DNA of 64,000 nucleotides from Candidatus Thalassarchaeaceae archaeon (GCA_030747485.1 JASLKP010000006.1:608-64607); one strand, 5' to 3'. Positions 40,320-51,829 are shown, counted from the stretch's first letter. A program made the numbers and translations. The notes: generated by a model from the letters alone, not told the origin.

Positions 40320-41138
40320 TCACTCCTCTTCTTCGGGTAACTCAGGCCGCACGCCAGATGCAGGGAATGTTGCCCAGAAGACGAAAATCGAAGTGAGCAA
40401 TACGAACCATCCAGAAAGATCATCAAAATACGGAGCCGGATATGAATCGATTCGAGTATCATTCAACCATTCCCAAATGTTGAGTGTGTTTGTTCGTTCT
40501 CCAGCAGCATTTCGTACCAAACCAAAAGACATGTTGAACAATTGAAGAACAGAGGTGATTAAGCTTAGAATCCCAATCGTCCGATTGATAATAGTACTGC
40601 GCAATATATCGATTGTAATCCAACGAGATAGACGTGAATCATCAGTTCCCCACCAATCGATTAGAAGGTCTTCGGCCACTTTCTGTGCAGCCTCAGTTGG
40701 AACATCTCTTGCTCTGACCAATCCCTGTTCAATATAGTGCGACTTGAGGCGTGCTGTCCAGACACTGCCAAGCAATGCTGCGGCTTCCTCCGATTCTTTT
40801 CGCTGGCGACCCAAATCTGCACGTGAGGTTGTTCTCAGAGTGTCCATCAAAATTGACCATTGTCCATGATAGTGGATGTATTCTGGTGCTGCGAATACGA
40901 GTATTGTCACCCCAACGAGTAAGCCAATCCATGTCCAACTTACAATGTTTACATAATTCGGATCGGATGCACCATTCAAGAAAAAGAAGAAAATAATGGA
41001 CCACATTAACATGCAGAACCCAAGCATTGTCAGAGAGCCCAAGATGACCAAATGTCGGTTCCTCTGACCCTCCCACCATCGTGAAACTGGTCCAAGAAAA
41101 CCTGTTTTTGATTGACGTGATTTTTTCCCTGCTGCCAT
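40320..41138 (-). CDS. Membrane protein, possibly DUF3198-like
   Basis: 272 aa, about 4 TM; co-oriented with the signal peptidase. Confidence 0.65.
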   Translation of the reverse strand: MAAGKKSRQSKTGFLGPVSRWWEGQRNRHLVILGSLTMLGFCMLMWSIIFFFFLNGASDPNYVNIVSWTWIGLLVGVTILVFAAPEYIHYHGQWSILMDTLRTTSRADLGRQRKESEEAAALLGSVWTARLKSHYIEQGLVRARDVPTEAAQKVAEDLLIDWWGTDDSRLSRWITIDILRSTIINRTIGILSLITSVLQLFNMSFGLVRNAAGERTNTLNIWEWLNDTRIDSYPAPYFDDLSGWFVLLTSIFVFWATFPASGVRPELPEEEE

Positions 41139-41235
41139 AGCAATCCCAAACCGCGGAACATCACTTGGATGTTGAGGGTTCGCCTTCTTCGATTAATGAC
41201 AGGGTCGGAATAGGTTGATATCAGGTATTGCCGGG

Positions 41236-41252
41236 TGTCGGCGTAGCCGACA
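41236..41252. repeat. C-RTA-G triloop palindrome, copy 6 (tgtcggc-GTA-gccgaca)
   Basis: Perfect 7-bp inverted repeat 20 nt upstream of the ATG at 41273. Confidence 0.8.
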
Positions 41253-41272
41253 GGCGCACGTGAGGGGGAAAT

Positions 41273-44200
41273 ATGCGGAAAATAGCGATTCTACTCCTTG
41301 CAACCCTGCTTTTCTCCTATACTCTGCCATTTGCTTCGGCCGTCACCGAAACACAGTACTCTGACGGTACGACTACCTTCACCCATGTCTTCAGTCAATC
41401 TGGAGATGCGGCAACACCTGGGGTAACATTGCCATATGGTGCAAATGTAGAAGATGTGGAATTTGTAATCGAAGGTGAAGCATCACAGCAGAATTGGATT
41501 AACCTCTCTGTCGATAGGGACTTCAATGGTCCAGGAACCACGAATACAAACTTCAATCCAACTTGGTTTAACGGTGGCTATCGAACAAACCTCGCTTCGG
41601 AAAATGATGAATTGCAACTCAATACTCAAGAGACCACTTCGTATTGGTCATTGACATCCAGCAATGATGTGGCCAGTAGTTCAGGAGGAGTTCTCAACAC
41701 CACTGGCGGCCATTTCTCGATGTCTGAGAATGGAATGATGGGAATCACGACAGAACGAACGGAAACATTGACTGGAGGGAATTGGAATTATGTCGGACCA
41801 GTCATCAAGCAATATGATGAAATCCATGTCACCAAATGGACATCTACAAGCCTTTACAATACACCCTCTATGTATCGATACAACGCAACAACTGGAACAT
41901 ATATTGGAATCACGAACTTGAATATCGGATCGTGCACATCTTCTGCTTCGGCATATGTCTATGATGTAACAAGTGACGGAAATGGCACCGTTTGGATGGT
42001 GTCATATTCCTATCGATACATCTCTCGTTGGACATATAATCCGACTGCAAATCCACCAACCTATACCTGCCAGCAGAGTTGGTCGGTACCAACCTCTGGT
42101 TCCACGCGATACCCATACGGGATTGCCTTTGATCCAACAGATAATGAAATGTATTTCCTAACAGGAACATATCAAAGTCCATCATATATCGTCGAGTTGT
42201 GGAAGGTGAATCGTTCATCACCTACCACATCTCAGGCTAGTTGGACTCTTGGGACGATTCAGAGTGGCCACGGAATACCATCTGGACTAGACGTCCAAAT
42301 GCCTCGAATAACCTACAATGTCTTTTGCTCATCTTCCACTACAATATCAACAAATTGCAAAGCAAGATCTTACCTGAGTGTATACCATACCACTGGAACG
42401 TGGCCAGAACATCAAGGCGACATTCTCTACGATATGCCAATTTATGGTCTTGAACGAATAGATGATGAACTCGCTTTCACTTGTTATTATTCTTCAGTCT
42501 GTCCATCGGGCCAAACTCGGAAAGTGAATATCATAGGCACTAGTACTCCGTCATGGACTGGTACGCCCAGTAGCACTGCAGCAATCATTACATCTAGCGT
42601 GAAAACACTGTCTAGTCCAGTCACCCAAGTCAAGTTAGGGGCTGCTGTGACTTGGGAACCCACTGGGACATCAGTTGATTTCATGGTTACAAATGATGGG
42701 GGCACCACTTGGAAGAGAGCAACCACAGGAAATACTGTGACTTTTGCCAATGGAGGTACTCAAATTGCTTGGAAGGCTTGGCTCAATGGTACCACTACCG
42801 ACGCTCCCATTCTAGATTCTGTAGGACTATCCTACACTGCGTCCTATTCCCCAACTGGTCAAGTTCGGATGTATTATTATGCCTTCCAAACAGGCAATAC
42901 GATGCCTGTGGCGTCAACGATTTGGTGGAATGCGTCAACACCAGGTGGTAGTTCACTTGATTTCTATTGGTACACTGGTTCATCAGCTTGTAACGGGAAA
43001 ACGCATAATATTGCTAGTTCTGGATCTACGGTAACGTTCTCTGGAACAACAAGTTATCTCACCCTCTGCATTGATTTCGATGCTGGAACAAATAACGAAT
43101 ACACGCCAACACTTTACGATTTTAATGTTGTAACTTACACCAATGCTCCGCAAAATGTCAAACTCGACATTGGAGATGACAACACATTCGAATGGAGTCA
43201 TACAGGAAACCTTCTGAGTCGAATAACTGTCTCAAACAGTGAAATGATTGACAGTTTCAACGATTTGGTGCCACAAACGGGTACTGGAACCATTGTGATT
43301 CCAATCAATCTGCACTCCGGTTCTGCAGGAAAAGTGAACATCCTATCAATGAGTATTGAGTATACAATGGTGACTGTAAATCTCGATTTGCAATATGATG
43401 AGAACATGGTATTGCACGAACGTTCAGAACCATATGAAATCATCACAAGGCATGTGATTGGTGACAACTCATTGAGTATCACAAATGCCGAATTAACCTT
43501 CCTTGCATCCCCTAGTTCAGATGCTCCGAAACTATCATGGACAAATGATGGAACATTAGTGGATGATGATCCTGAAGATTGGATTATTCCTGATCAAAGT
43601 ACAACATGGACATCTACAACAAACGGAATCTTTGAGATTCATTGGATGTTCAGAGTCACCGATGATTTCCCAGAACAGAATAATGTTGGTTTCCGAGTGA
43701 GTTGTACTGATGACAATGGTTTCACTCCTGAAACACTGGCAACAGTTTCTACTGGAATTTATGTCAACCAATCCTATGGATTGGGATGGTTAAATTTGCA
43801 TGATGTCGAAGGAGAAGTAACTGAGAATGATGTACAAGATGGACATTGGATTGTTGCCGGAGAAACGGTGCACTTCCAAGGACAAATTTGGTTCTCAGGA
43901 ACACAAGATGCCCCACTGAATTCTGTCTTTGATGTTAGAGTCGTGAGAAAAGACAGCCAGGGTGATTTTACTGCCGCGTCGTGGAAGGATACCTCGAATG
44001 CAAATGGTTCCTTCTTCATCTCTGTCGAAATTCCTTCTATGGATATTCCCGATGGAGTAACATTTGAAATTCAAATCTACAATGAACGTGACCCTACAAA
44101 GGTCCTAGCGACTGAAAATTCGTGGCGACGAACGGTTCGGGTGGACAATTCACCGCCAGCAATCAGTGCTAATTGGCCTGCTGATGATGATTACGAAGCC

Positions 44201-46318
44201 TCGAGTGAAGCACAGCAAATTGCCATCACCATTGATGACGCTATTGGGCAGCCAACGAATCTAACGCTGCACTATTGGGTTGAAGCGGATCATGATACAA
44301 ATCGAAATGGTGTCGCTGATGAAGAAGAATACGTGAATCAAACGTTAACAAATGTCACTGAAGATGCTGAGAAGGTGTTCTTTGGTATCATTGATGACTC
44401 AAGGAATCCAAACATGGCTCGTGTTTCCTACTATGTGTCTGGAACGGATGTCGCTGGAAATCAATTGGTATCACCAGATGGTCCAGGGTTTGGATATGAT
44501 CTCGCCACTTATCGTACTCGAAAAGATATGGCATCCGTATTCACTGGTCTTGACTGGGTTGGCCACTCAGATGGGAATGATGTATTCAGTGGTACTGAAC
44601 AATCAATCTCTGTAGGATTGGTAGATGCAAATGGAATTATCGATTTTGAATACATTGCACTCATCTTTGATTTTGAAGGGCCAGACCCTGAAAGAGATCA
44701 GCAGCGAATGTGGTACGATGGAAGAGAAGATTCGTGGTTCTACGATGAAGCATATCTTGAATTATTATCGAGCAGTTCAACGACTGTTACAACCAACAAC
44801 TCTGGACTCCCATGGATTTTCATTGACTTTGATTTCAAGTTCTCATGGGATTGGCCAGATGAAGACATTTCTGATTTGGCCTTAGAATACAAGGAACTTG
44901 GTTCACCGACTCCAACTAGAATCGAATTTAGCGAACATACATTCAGTGTAGAGAACGATTTGGTGTTGAATGCGAATTCATACTCTGTTGAAGATGTGGC
45001 TGAACCAAGAGTTGGGCCACTTGACGATGCGACACCCGTCAGACCTGACGACAGACTCCGATGGTCAGGTCATGTCGTTTACGAAGATAGCAATGTGCCA
45101 GCACCCAATGATTTGGGAATTACTGTTGAAGTCTTTGATGGCGTTCAATACTGGTCAGATGGAAGCCTTGCAGATGATGGTAGCTTCAGTATTGAAGTTC
45201 CATTGTCTGCAGCCACCTCATTGCAGAGTGCCGAAAGTCGAACATTCCTCACAGGCGTGCGAAATGTGCCTGGTCGTGGAGAAGACATGACCAGAGATAC
45301 TGTTGCAACCACCTTGCAATTACAGGTGGATCACACACCCCCACGTGTTCATCATCGAATGGAACCAATCGATGTAATCGACATCTCTACAGACAGCGAT
45401 TTGACCTCTGTCCCTGTCAGGTTTGTCGGTTGGGAAGAATGTCTGTTAGCAGACGAAAATGACCGTTGTGCAGCCTTTGGACAAAGTCCACAATGGGTGA
45501 ACTGGGTCATGCGTGACGATGTTCGAACAATTGCAGCTGGACAATCGCCTCTTGCCATGCAAGTACTCGATGGAAGTATCGAATGGATTGGAGAAGTAGA
45601 CCTAACCAGTGATGGTGTCGTTACGCCTCGTTCTGGCTATCGTGTTGGGTTCTGGATTACTGGGCACGACGCAGCAGGAAATGAATTCCCAATGACTGCA
45701 AATACAGAGAGCGACCCTGTGCGTGAACGCACTGAAGATGATGGTGACTTCGATCTCGCTTGGGTGAGATTAGGAGCAACTGTACCAGAATTAATTGTGC
45801 AAAGTGTGACACTTGAGGAAGACACAGTTAGTGAAGGTTCAGAGATTAAGGTCGTTGCAATCATTGCCAATGTTGGAGGCGTGAATGCCTCATCATTTAC
45901 AGTGAAGTTCTTCGCTGGAGACAAAGAGATTACCACGGAGAGAATCGCAGGACTACCTGAGGATACTGATCATCGGATTGAAACCACCTGGAAAGCCAAA
46001 AAAGGTGTTGACAGAATTACTGTAATCGTTGATGCTGACAATGAAGTTGTCGAAGTTGATGAAGAAGGGAACAGCATGTCAGTGGGTATTTCGGTTGAAT
46101 ATTCATGGGGAATGGGCTGGATTGATAGTTGGCGAAAGAATCCACTCACTGTGATTGGAGTCATTTTCGCATTCATCTTGTTACCAGTCATTGCAGTAAT
46201 TACCTGGAAGACATCATTGTCTGGTGCTCAGGACCTCTATGCTGAGGAACTACACTACGAAGACGAAGATGACGACGAATGGGAATACGAAGACGAAGAT
46301 GACGATGGATGGGAGTGA
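41273..46318 (+). CDS. Giant (1681 aa) secreted surface protein: beta-rich N-terminus, Ig-like repeats, CARDB domain, C-terminal TM and acidic tail
   Basis: Signal peptide MRKIAILLLATLL; S/T/N/G-rich; CARDB-like IVDADNEVVEVDEEGN; TM followed by a D/E-rich tail. Confidence 0.8.
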   Translation: MRKIAILLLATLLFSYTLPFASAVTETQYSDGTTTFTHVFSQSGDAATPGVTLPYGANVEDVEFVIEGEASQQNWINLSVDRDFNGPGTTNTNFNPTWFNGGYRTNLASENDELQLNTQETTSYWSLTSSNDVASSSGGVLNTTGGHFSMSENGMMGITTERTETLTGGNWNYVGPVIKQYDEIHVTKWTSTSLYNTPSMYRYNATTGTYIGITNLNIGSCTSSASAYVYDVTSDGNGTVWMVSYSYRYISRWTYNPTANPPTYTCQQSWSVPTSGSTRYPYGIAFDPTDNEMYFLTGTYQSPSYIVELWKVNRSSPTTSQASWTLGTIQSGHGIPSGLDVQMPRITYNVFCSSSTTISTNCKARSYLSVYHTTGTWPEHQGDILYDMPIYGLERIDDELAFTCYYSSVCPSGQTRKVNIIGTSTPSWTGTPSSTAAIITSSVKTLSSPVTQVKLGAAVTWEPTGTSVDFMVTNDGGTTWKRATTGNTVTFANGGTQIAWKAWLNGTTTDAPILDSVGLSYTASYSPTGQVRMYYYAFQTGNTMPVASTIWWNASTPGGSSLDFYWYTGSSACNGKTHNIASSGSTVTFSGTTSYLTLCIDFDAGTNNEYTPTLYDFNVVTYTNAPQNVKLDIGDDNTFEWSHTGNLLSRITVSNSEMIDSFNDLVPQTGTGTIVIPINLHSGSAGKVNILSMSIEYTMVTVNLDLQYDENMVLHERSEPYEIITRHVIGDNSLSITNAELTFLASPSSDAPKLSWTNDGTLVDDDPEDWIIPDQSTTWTSTTNGIFEIHWMFRVTDDFPEQNNVGFRVSCTDDNGFTPETLATVSTGIYVNQSYGLGWLNLHDVEGEVTENDVQDGHWIVAGETVHFQGQIWFSGTQDAPLNSVFDVRVVRKDSQGDFTAASWKDTSNANGSFFISVEIPSMDIPDGVTFEIQIYNERDPTKVLATENSWRRTVRVDNSPPAISANWPADDDYEASSEAQQIAITIDDAIGQPTNLTLHYWVEADHDTNRNGVADEEEYVNQTLTNVTEDAEKVFFGIIDDSRNPNMARVSYYVSGTDVAGNQLVSPDGPGFGYDLATYRTRKDMASVFTGLDWVGHSDGNDVFSGTEQSISVGLVDANGIIDFEYIALIFDFEGPDPERDQQRMWYDGREDSWFYDEAYLELLSSSSTTVTTNNSGLPWIFIDFDFKFSWDWPDEDISDLALEYKELGSPTPTRIEFSEHTFSVENDLVLNANSYSVEDVAEPRVGPLDDATPVRPDDRLRWSGHVVYEDSNVPAPNDLGITVEVFDGVQYWSDGSLADDGSFSIEVPLSAATSLQSAESRTFLTGVRNVPGRGEDMTRDTVATTLQLQVDHTPPRVHHRMEPIDVIDISTDSDLTSVPVRFVGWEECLLADENDRCAAFGQSPQWVNWVMRDDVRTIAAGQSPLAMQVLDGSIEWIGEVDLTSDGVVTPRSGYRVGFWITGHDAAGNEFPMTANTESDPVRERTEDDGDFDLAWVRLGATVPELIVQSVTLEEDTVSEGSEIKVVAIIANVGGVNASSFTVKFFAGDKEITTERIAGLPEDTDHRIETTWKAKKGVDRITVIVDADNEVVEVDEEGNSMSVGISVEYSWGMGWIDSWRKNPLTVIGVIFAFILLPVIAVITWKTSLSGAQDLYAEELHYEDEDDDEWEYEDEDDDGWE
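43768..43784. repeat. C-RTA-G triloop palindrome, copy 7, intragenic (ccaatcc-TAT-ggattgg)
   Basis: Perfect 7-bp inverted repeat inside the 1681-aa CDS; may be a chance match. Confidence 0.55.
46256..46315 (+). repeat. 30-bp tandem duplication encoding YEDEDDD(E/G)WE twice
   Basis: tacgaagacgaagatgacgacgaatgggaa / tacgaagacgaagatgacgatggatgggag. Confidence 0.8.
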
Positions 46319-46383
46319 TTCCCCCCGAACGGCGGATTCAATACCCACGCACGCACGCATGCGCGTACGAGGGGGGAATTTGA

Positions 46384-49300
46384 ATGGCTGGATTTGATAC
46401 ACTTTGTGACCCTCTTCGCAATTATCTAGAGAAACAACATTGGGAACCCACTCCCATCCAAAATGTTGCAATTGAACCACTCCTTTCTGGAGATGACCGC
46501 CTATTGATTGCACCCACTGGATCGGGAAAAACAGAAGCTGCAATTCTACCGATTATGAGTCGAATATTCACCCACGGGTGGGGTCCAATGTCAGTCCTCT
46601 ATGTTACACCTCTAAGGGCATTGAATAGAGACATCAACCGACGATTGGAAGAATGGTCATTATTGGCTGGAATCTCAATTGGTTTACGCCATGGAGATAC
46701 GTCTCAAGCAGAGAGGAATAGGCAATCAAAGAATCCACCGGATTTACTGGTCACAACACCAGAGACTCTGCAAATCATGTTGACAGGTAAGAGACTGCGA
46801 GAACATCTGAAGAATGTTCGAGTTGTCATCGTTGACGAAGTTCACGAATTGGCCGCTTCCGAAAGAGGAGGACAATTACTGGTAGGGTTGTCTCGAGTGG
46901 AAGAACTTGCTCGGAGACGGATTCAGCGAGTCGGACTCTCTGCAACAGTTGGAAACCCAACCGAAGTTGCACATTGGCTCTCACCAAATGCAGGAAAGCC
47001 AATCATCGCACCGGCACCACGTTCCACAGAGATCCGAATTACATGTTCACAACCTGAAGATTCAGATGTAGCAATCGCATTGGATTACAATACTTCACCT
47101 AAAGCAATGGCATCACTTCGAATGCTTGCGGGTCGTCTGAAAGATGATGCGCCTGCACTCATCTTTGTCAACAGTAGAAACGCTGCAGAAACCGTTGCAT
47201 CTAGACTGAAGACATTTGATGAAACATTGGATATTGGAGTACATCATGGTTCGTTATCCAGTGATTTACGTGAAGAAATGGAGAATAGACTCCAGAGTGG
47301 TGATATCCATGCATTGGTCTGTACAAGTAGTTTAGAATTAGGCATCGATGTAGGTGCCATCAGACATGTACACCAAATTCAATCCCCAAGAGCTGTCGAT
47401 CGTTTGCTACAAAGAGTTGGGCGAGCAGATCACGTCCTAGGGGGTACTGGTCGTGGAGATCTTGTTGCATGGGAAGTTGATGATATTGCTGAAGCTGCAG
47501 TCATTGCAAGGCGTGCAGTACAAGGAGAAATTGAAGGCGTCAGATGGAGGACAATGCCACGTACCGTCGCTGCGAATCAAATGGTGATGATGACATTAGC
47601 AGAAGGCATCACGCCGTTATCAGCAACGACTACACTATTGCAGCGCACTTCCATTTTCTCTGAATGGTGTCACGATGACACGTTGGCACTTGCAAGAATT
47701 CTAGCAGATCGATGGTTGATTCGTTTGGTTGAAAACCCAAGCGAATCGGATCCACTAGAATGGGCTCCTTCACTTTGGAGAGCACTTGCAGTGGGACTTG
47801 CAATTCCAGCAGAAAGACCGAAACCGATGGATATTGAGGCAACTGAAGATTCTGAATTAAATCGATGGAGGAAAGAAATTCGCTCAAGATTGCCACAACA
47901 TCTCAAGGAGGGTTGGACGTCTGCAAGTTCTCGTTCACGTCAATACATGCTTTCTCACCTTTCGATGATTCCTGATGAGCAACGATACACTGTCAGAGAT
48001 GCCGTCACTAGGAAGGGCATCGGTTCAGTCGACGAGGCTTTCGTCCTCTCATTGGATGATTCTGGTCAGGAGACTGATGGAGCACCTCGACGTTTCGTCA
48101 TGGTCGGACGTACGTGGGAGATTGTTGAAGCCAACCCTGAGAAATCCGAATTATTGGTTTCACCAGCCAGAGTGAGTGGTCCTGTGCCCATTTGGAGTGG
48201 CGAATTGCCTCCAGTTCCGGCTGAAATTGCACGTGAAGTTGGAGCCCTTCGTCGTAGAATTAGGGGCCTCGCCAGTGGAATCCAAGAGGAGGAGATGGAG
48301 GGTGCCGAGAGACTCGATTGGATTGGTGGAGCGATGCCAGATGTCGACATAGAGGACTACCCCCTTGCTCCAGATGCAATGGACATTCTCATGAATACCA
48401 TTAGCGAGCATGTAGATGCTACCTCAAATCTACCTGATGAACGACATCTAGATATTGAAACAAGAAAAGATGCAATCGTAGTAAATTCATGTCATGGAAG
48501 CAGGATAAATGAAACCTTAGCACACTTCCTACAAGCGATGGCGTCGACAATTGAAGGAAAGATGGGGCGGGTCATTGTCGACCCATACAGAATCAGTTTA
48601 CAGGTGCCGGGATTACGTGCATCACATGTCATTGATTGGCTCACTGAAACCCAACCTGAAGGGCTACTCAGTATCATGAGAGTTACAATTCCTAAAGGTC
48701 GTCAATTACGTTGGAGGTTGGTACAAGTTTGCAAGGTATTTGGAGTACTTCGTTCAGGCATAGATCCTCGCAAGGTCAATCTCGCAGGAATTGCGAATCG
48801 ATACAAGGGGACCCCACTGATGGATGATGCATTGGACAAACTGTTCAGTGAGCGAATGGATATTGATGGAACTGTTGATTTGTTACGAGCAATTCAAGAT
48901 GGGATTGTGAAAGTAGAACACCGTAGCCCTGGACCACTTGGTTTATCTCCACGTTCTGAACGAGATATGCAACTACCTGAATGGTCGAATATCGAAGTTC
49001 GTGAACGACTTGAAGGACGCTTGATGAATGAGCGGGCGATTACAATTTGTTTACGTTGTAAAGCCTCGACTCGATTCCGAGTTGCACGTTATCCAGAAAT
49101 TGATGCAAAGTGTACAATATGCAATGCCACAATGCGAGCAGTTGCTCGTGAAGCACAGGCTGAGGACTTGAAAAAATGGGTCAAGACTGACGATGATGAT
49201 AAGATTCGTAATCGAATGATGCGTAACGCAGAGATGGTACAGAACAGAGGAATTGATGCAATTCTCTGCCTCATGGCACGTGGAGTTGGTGAGGACACTG

Positions 49301-49410
49301 CAACTCGAATTTTACGAACAAATCCAATCGGTGGTACGAGGGACTCATTGCTAAAATCAATCCATGATGCTGAAATCCAGTATGCACGTACACGGCGCTT
49401 TTGGGGTTAG
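46384..49410 (+). CDS. lhr: Lhr-family SF2 helicase with C-terminal Zn finger
   Basis: APTGSGKT, TPLRALNRD, DEVH, SAT, LELGID, QRVGRADH; CLRC...CTIC. Confidence 0.92.
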   Translation: MAGFDTLCDPLRNYLEKQHWEPTPIQNVAIEPLLSGDDRLLIAPTGSGKTEAAILPIMSRIFTHGWGPMSVLYVTPLRALNRDINRRLEEWSLLAGISIGLRHGDTSQAERNRQSKNPPDLLVTTPETLQIMLTGKRLREHLKNVRVVIVDEVHELAASERGGQLLVGLSRVEELARRRIQRVGLSATVGNPTEVAHWLSPNAGKPIIAPAPRSTEIRITCSQPEDSDVAIALDYNTSPKAMASLRMLAGRLKDDAPALIFVNSRNAAETVASRLKTFDETLDIGVHHGSLSSDLREEMENRLQSGDIHALVCTSSLELGIDVGAIRHVHQIQSPRAVDRLLQRVGRADHVLGGTGRGDLVAWEVDDIAEAAVIARRAVQGEIEGVRWRTMPRTVAANQMVMMTLAEGITPLSATTTLLQRTSIFSEWCHDDTLALARILADRWLIRLVENPSESDPLEWAPSLWRALAVGLAIPAERPKPMDIEATEDSELNRWRKEIRSRLPQHLKEGWTSASSRSRQYMLSHLSMIPDEQRYTVRDAVTRKGIGSVDEAFVLSLDDSGQETDGAPRRFVMVGRTWEIVEANPEKSELLVSPARVSGPVPIWSGELPPVPAEIAREVGALRRRIRGLASGIQEEEMEGAERLDWIGGAMPDVDIEDYPLAPDAMDILMNTISEHVDATSNLPDERHLDIETRKDAIVVNSCHGSRINETLAHFLQAMASTIEGKMGRVIVDPYRISLQVPGLRASHVIDWLTETQPEGLLSIMRVTIPKGRQLRWRLVQVCKVFGVLRSGIDPRKVNLAGIANRYKGTPLMDDALDKLFSERMDIDGTVDLLRAIQDGIVKVEHRSPGPLGLSPRSERDMQLPEWSNIEVRERLEGRLMNERAITICLRCKASTRFRVARYPEIDAKCTICNATMRAVAREAQAEDLKKWVKTDDDDKIRNRMMRNAEMVQNRGIDAILCLMARGVGEDTATRILRTNPIGGTRDSLLKSIHDAEIQYARTRRFWG

Positions 49411-49438
49411 TAATCATCATGAACGGGGATGCAAACGC

Positions 49439-49993
49439 ATGTCTATGTGGTTTGGTCTGACCGGTCGGAATGCATCTGGAAAAACGACTGTTGTCGAATG
49501 GTTTGTCTCCAATGGATTTACCGCAACCTCTTGTTCAGATTCAATTCGAAATTGGTTGCGCGAGCAGCAAACCGAAATCACTCGAGAAAATCTAATCCAA
49601 GGGGGACGGACACTACGTTCAGAAGGTGGCCCAGGTATTCTTGCTGAAATGCTGAGAGATGAACATGCAGATGTAAGCAATCTCGTCATTGATTCAATTA
49701 GAACACCTGCTGAGGTCGAGGCGCTCCGTCAGAGACCGGATTTTCGTCTCATTGAAATCAGAGCAAGTTTGGAAGGGCGATGGAATCGATTACTAGCACG
49801 CGGAAGACCGGGTGATCCCGAACATTACGAGAAATTTGTCGAGCAAGAAGAAGCGGAATTGATTGCAGCGGATGAAAGTGGACAAGCACTGAAAGCAACT
49901 GCTGAAATGGCTGATGTTGTCATCAACAATGATGGAAATCTGGATGAATTAATCGCCGCTCTTGAGGCGTTGATTACACCTGGCGGACAGTAA
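49439..49993 (+). CDS. P-loop nucleotide kinase (archaeal dephospho-CoA/nucleoside monophosphate kinase-like)
   Basis: GLTGRNASGKTT, VIDSIRTPAEV, RGRPGD, ADVVINNDG. Confidence 0.8.
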   Translation: MSMWFGLTGRNASGKTTVVEWFVSNGFTATSCSDSIRNWLREQQTEITRENLIQGGRTLRSEGGPGILAEMLRDEHADVSNLVIDSIRTPAEVEALRQRPDFRLIEIRASLEGRWNRLLARGRPGDPEHYEKFVEQEEAELIAADESGQALKATAEMADVVINNDGNLDELIAALEALITPGGQ

Positions 49994-50411
49994 TGCCCGC
50001 CTCACTCATCATCTTCATCGATGTGTCGAAGTCAGAATGCCATCGCTCAGGTATTTCACTGTCTGATGGATATACAACCTCAGTCACACCTGCTTGGATG
50101 AGCGAGCGGGCACAACGTGTACATGGAGGCCATGTCACGTATGCAGTACTGTCTTTGAGAGAAAGACCAATGCGAGCGGCGTGCATAATCGCATTCTCTT
50201 CAGCATGACAAATGAGAGGGTACTTTTGCTCACGGTCTGACAACCTCTCCGGATCATCATCAATACCTCGAGGAAATCCATTGAATCCAGTACTACGAAT
50301 TTCACGATCTTCGCCTACAACGACGCAACCCACCTTGGTGGAGGGGTCTTTGGACCAAGTGGAAATGTGGTCAGCGAGAGCCAAGAATCGACGGTCCCAC
50401 TTCTCGCTCAT
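49974..50411 (-). CDS. dCMP deaminase family protein
   Basis: WSKDPSTKVG, GFNGFPRG, HAEENA, PCTRC. Confidence 0.92.
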   Translation of the reverse strand: MSEKWDRRFLALADHISTWSKDPSTKVGCVVVGEDREIRSTGFNGFPRGIDDDPERLSDREQKYPLICHAEENAIMHAARIGLSLKDSTAYVTWPPCTRCARSLIQAGVTEVVYPSDSEIPERWHSDFDTSMKMMSEAGITVRQV

Positions 50412-50455
50412 CTTCTCACCCTTCCTTCGCTACCTGACCATTCCTTTGAGGTTTC

Positions 50456-51829
50456 TCACGCGATGGGGTCAGTCCCATCCTCACCTTGGATTGGAATGAG
50501 TGTGTTCATTGCATCTAACGAATCCTCTTTTACAATTTTCAAAATGTCACCGATAAGATACAAACTGCCAATACAAAGTAAGGGAACTGGTGTACTGGAA
50601 TCCAACTTGAGAATCTGATTGTGAGCTTCAATAAATGCATCTTTAGAATCCTCTACAGTTCTAAGATTGATCTGGAGACCGTGTTCTGCAATCGCTTCTG
50701 CCAATTCATTACTATCCACTGGTGCTCGGCGTCCTTGACTGGGTTGAGTGACAAAAATATGTTCGATTCGACCATCTACAATCATTTCAGCCAATGGATG
50801 CAAGAAATCATGCATTTCGTTCTGTTGAGTACATCCAATTAGAATCGCGCCAGGCATGGGGCTCTCATCTCTTGATTTTTGGAGTCTAATTTGTTCACAT
50901 GTACGAGCCATTCCACTAGGATTGTGTGCTGCATCGAGTAATATTGGTACCCCTTCATAATCCAACCATTGCATTCGTCCAGGCCAATGCGTATGGTTAA
51001 CCGCCAATTCAATCGCTTCGTAAACAGAGTACTCATTCATTGCCATAGCAGCGGTTCTAGCTAACATTGCTGCCTCCTTCTTGTATGGAATCCATCCATC
51101 AAAATCTACCACTGGTGGCAATGGTCGGAATGGTTGATTGGATTCTGCAAAGCGAATTGCAACGGAGCGATCTGCCCGCCACCACCACGCATTGTTATGG
51201 TCACGAACGGCAGACTCAATGACGCTACGAGCTTCTGCATCGTATGTCCACGATGCGATAAACGGACGACCCTGCCGAACAATGGCAACTTTTTCACCTG
51301 CGATTTCAGCCAATGTGTTTCCAAGATACTCTGTGTGTTCCAATGCTAATTCGGTAAGGATGGTGCAATCTGCATCTACCAATCGAGTTGCATCTAAACG
51401 ACCCCCCAAACCAGTTTCAATAATTGCTCTCTCGACACCTAGCGATGAGAACGCTAGCATGGCAACCAAGAATGTCGCCTCATAGTAGGTAGGAGTGGTT
51501 TTTGGAGATTGGGATGATACTTGGATAATTTTGGAAAGACAATCATCGAATAATTCGTCACTAATCGGAACGCCATCAACTCGGACACGCTCGTTCTCAC
51601 TACAAAGATGAGGTGAGGAAAATAATCCTGTACAGGTTCCTGTCAACGTGAATGCATTGGCTAAGATTGCACAACAGGAACCCTTGCCGTTACTGCCAGC
51701 GACATGAACCGAAGGGAAATTCTGTTGGGGCATCTTGAGACGCGCCAAGAGAGTTGCTGTTCTCTCTAATCCGGGCTGCATACCCATTTCTTTCAGTGAA
51801 GCAAGCCACGCTCTAGGTTCACCTGACAT
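50456..51829 (-). CDS. folC: Folylpolyglutamate/dihydrofolate synthase
   Basis: HVAGSNGKGS, SSPHL, ETGLGGRLDAT, WPGR, LDAAHNP, GSLYLIG. Confidence 0.92.
   Translation of the reverse strand: MSGEPRAWLASLKEMGMQPGLERTATLLARLKMPQQNFPSVHVAGSNGKGSCCAILANAFTLTGTCTGLFSSPHLCSENERVRVDGVPISDELFDDCLSKIIQVSSQSPKTTPTYYEATFLVAMLAFSSLGVERAIIETGLGGRLDATRLVDADCTILTELALEHTEYLGNTLAEIAGEKVAIVRQGRPFIASWTYDAEARSVIESAVRDHNNAWWWRADRSVAIRFAESNQPFRPLPPVVDFDGWIPYKKEAAMLARTAAMAMNEYSVYEAIELAVNHTHWPGRMQWLDYEGVPILLDAAHNPSGMARTCEQIRLQKSRDESPMPGAILIGCTQQNEMHDFLHPLAEMIVDGRIEHIFVTQPSQGRRAPVDSNELAEAIAEHGLQINLRTVEDSKDAFIEAHNQILKLDSSTPVPLLCIGSLYLIGDILKIVKEDSLDAMNTLIPIQGEDGTDPIA

Noticed and set aside
46256-46315. CRISPR-like repeat
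   Set aside because: Only two in-frame 30-bp units, no spacers and no cas genes
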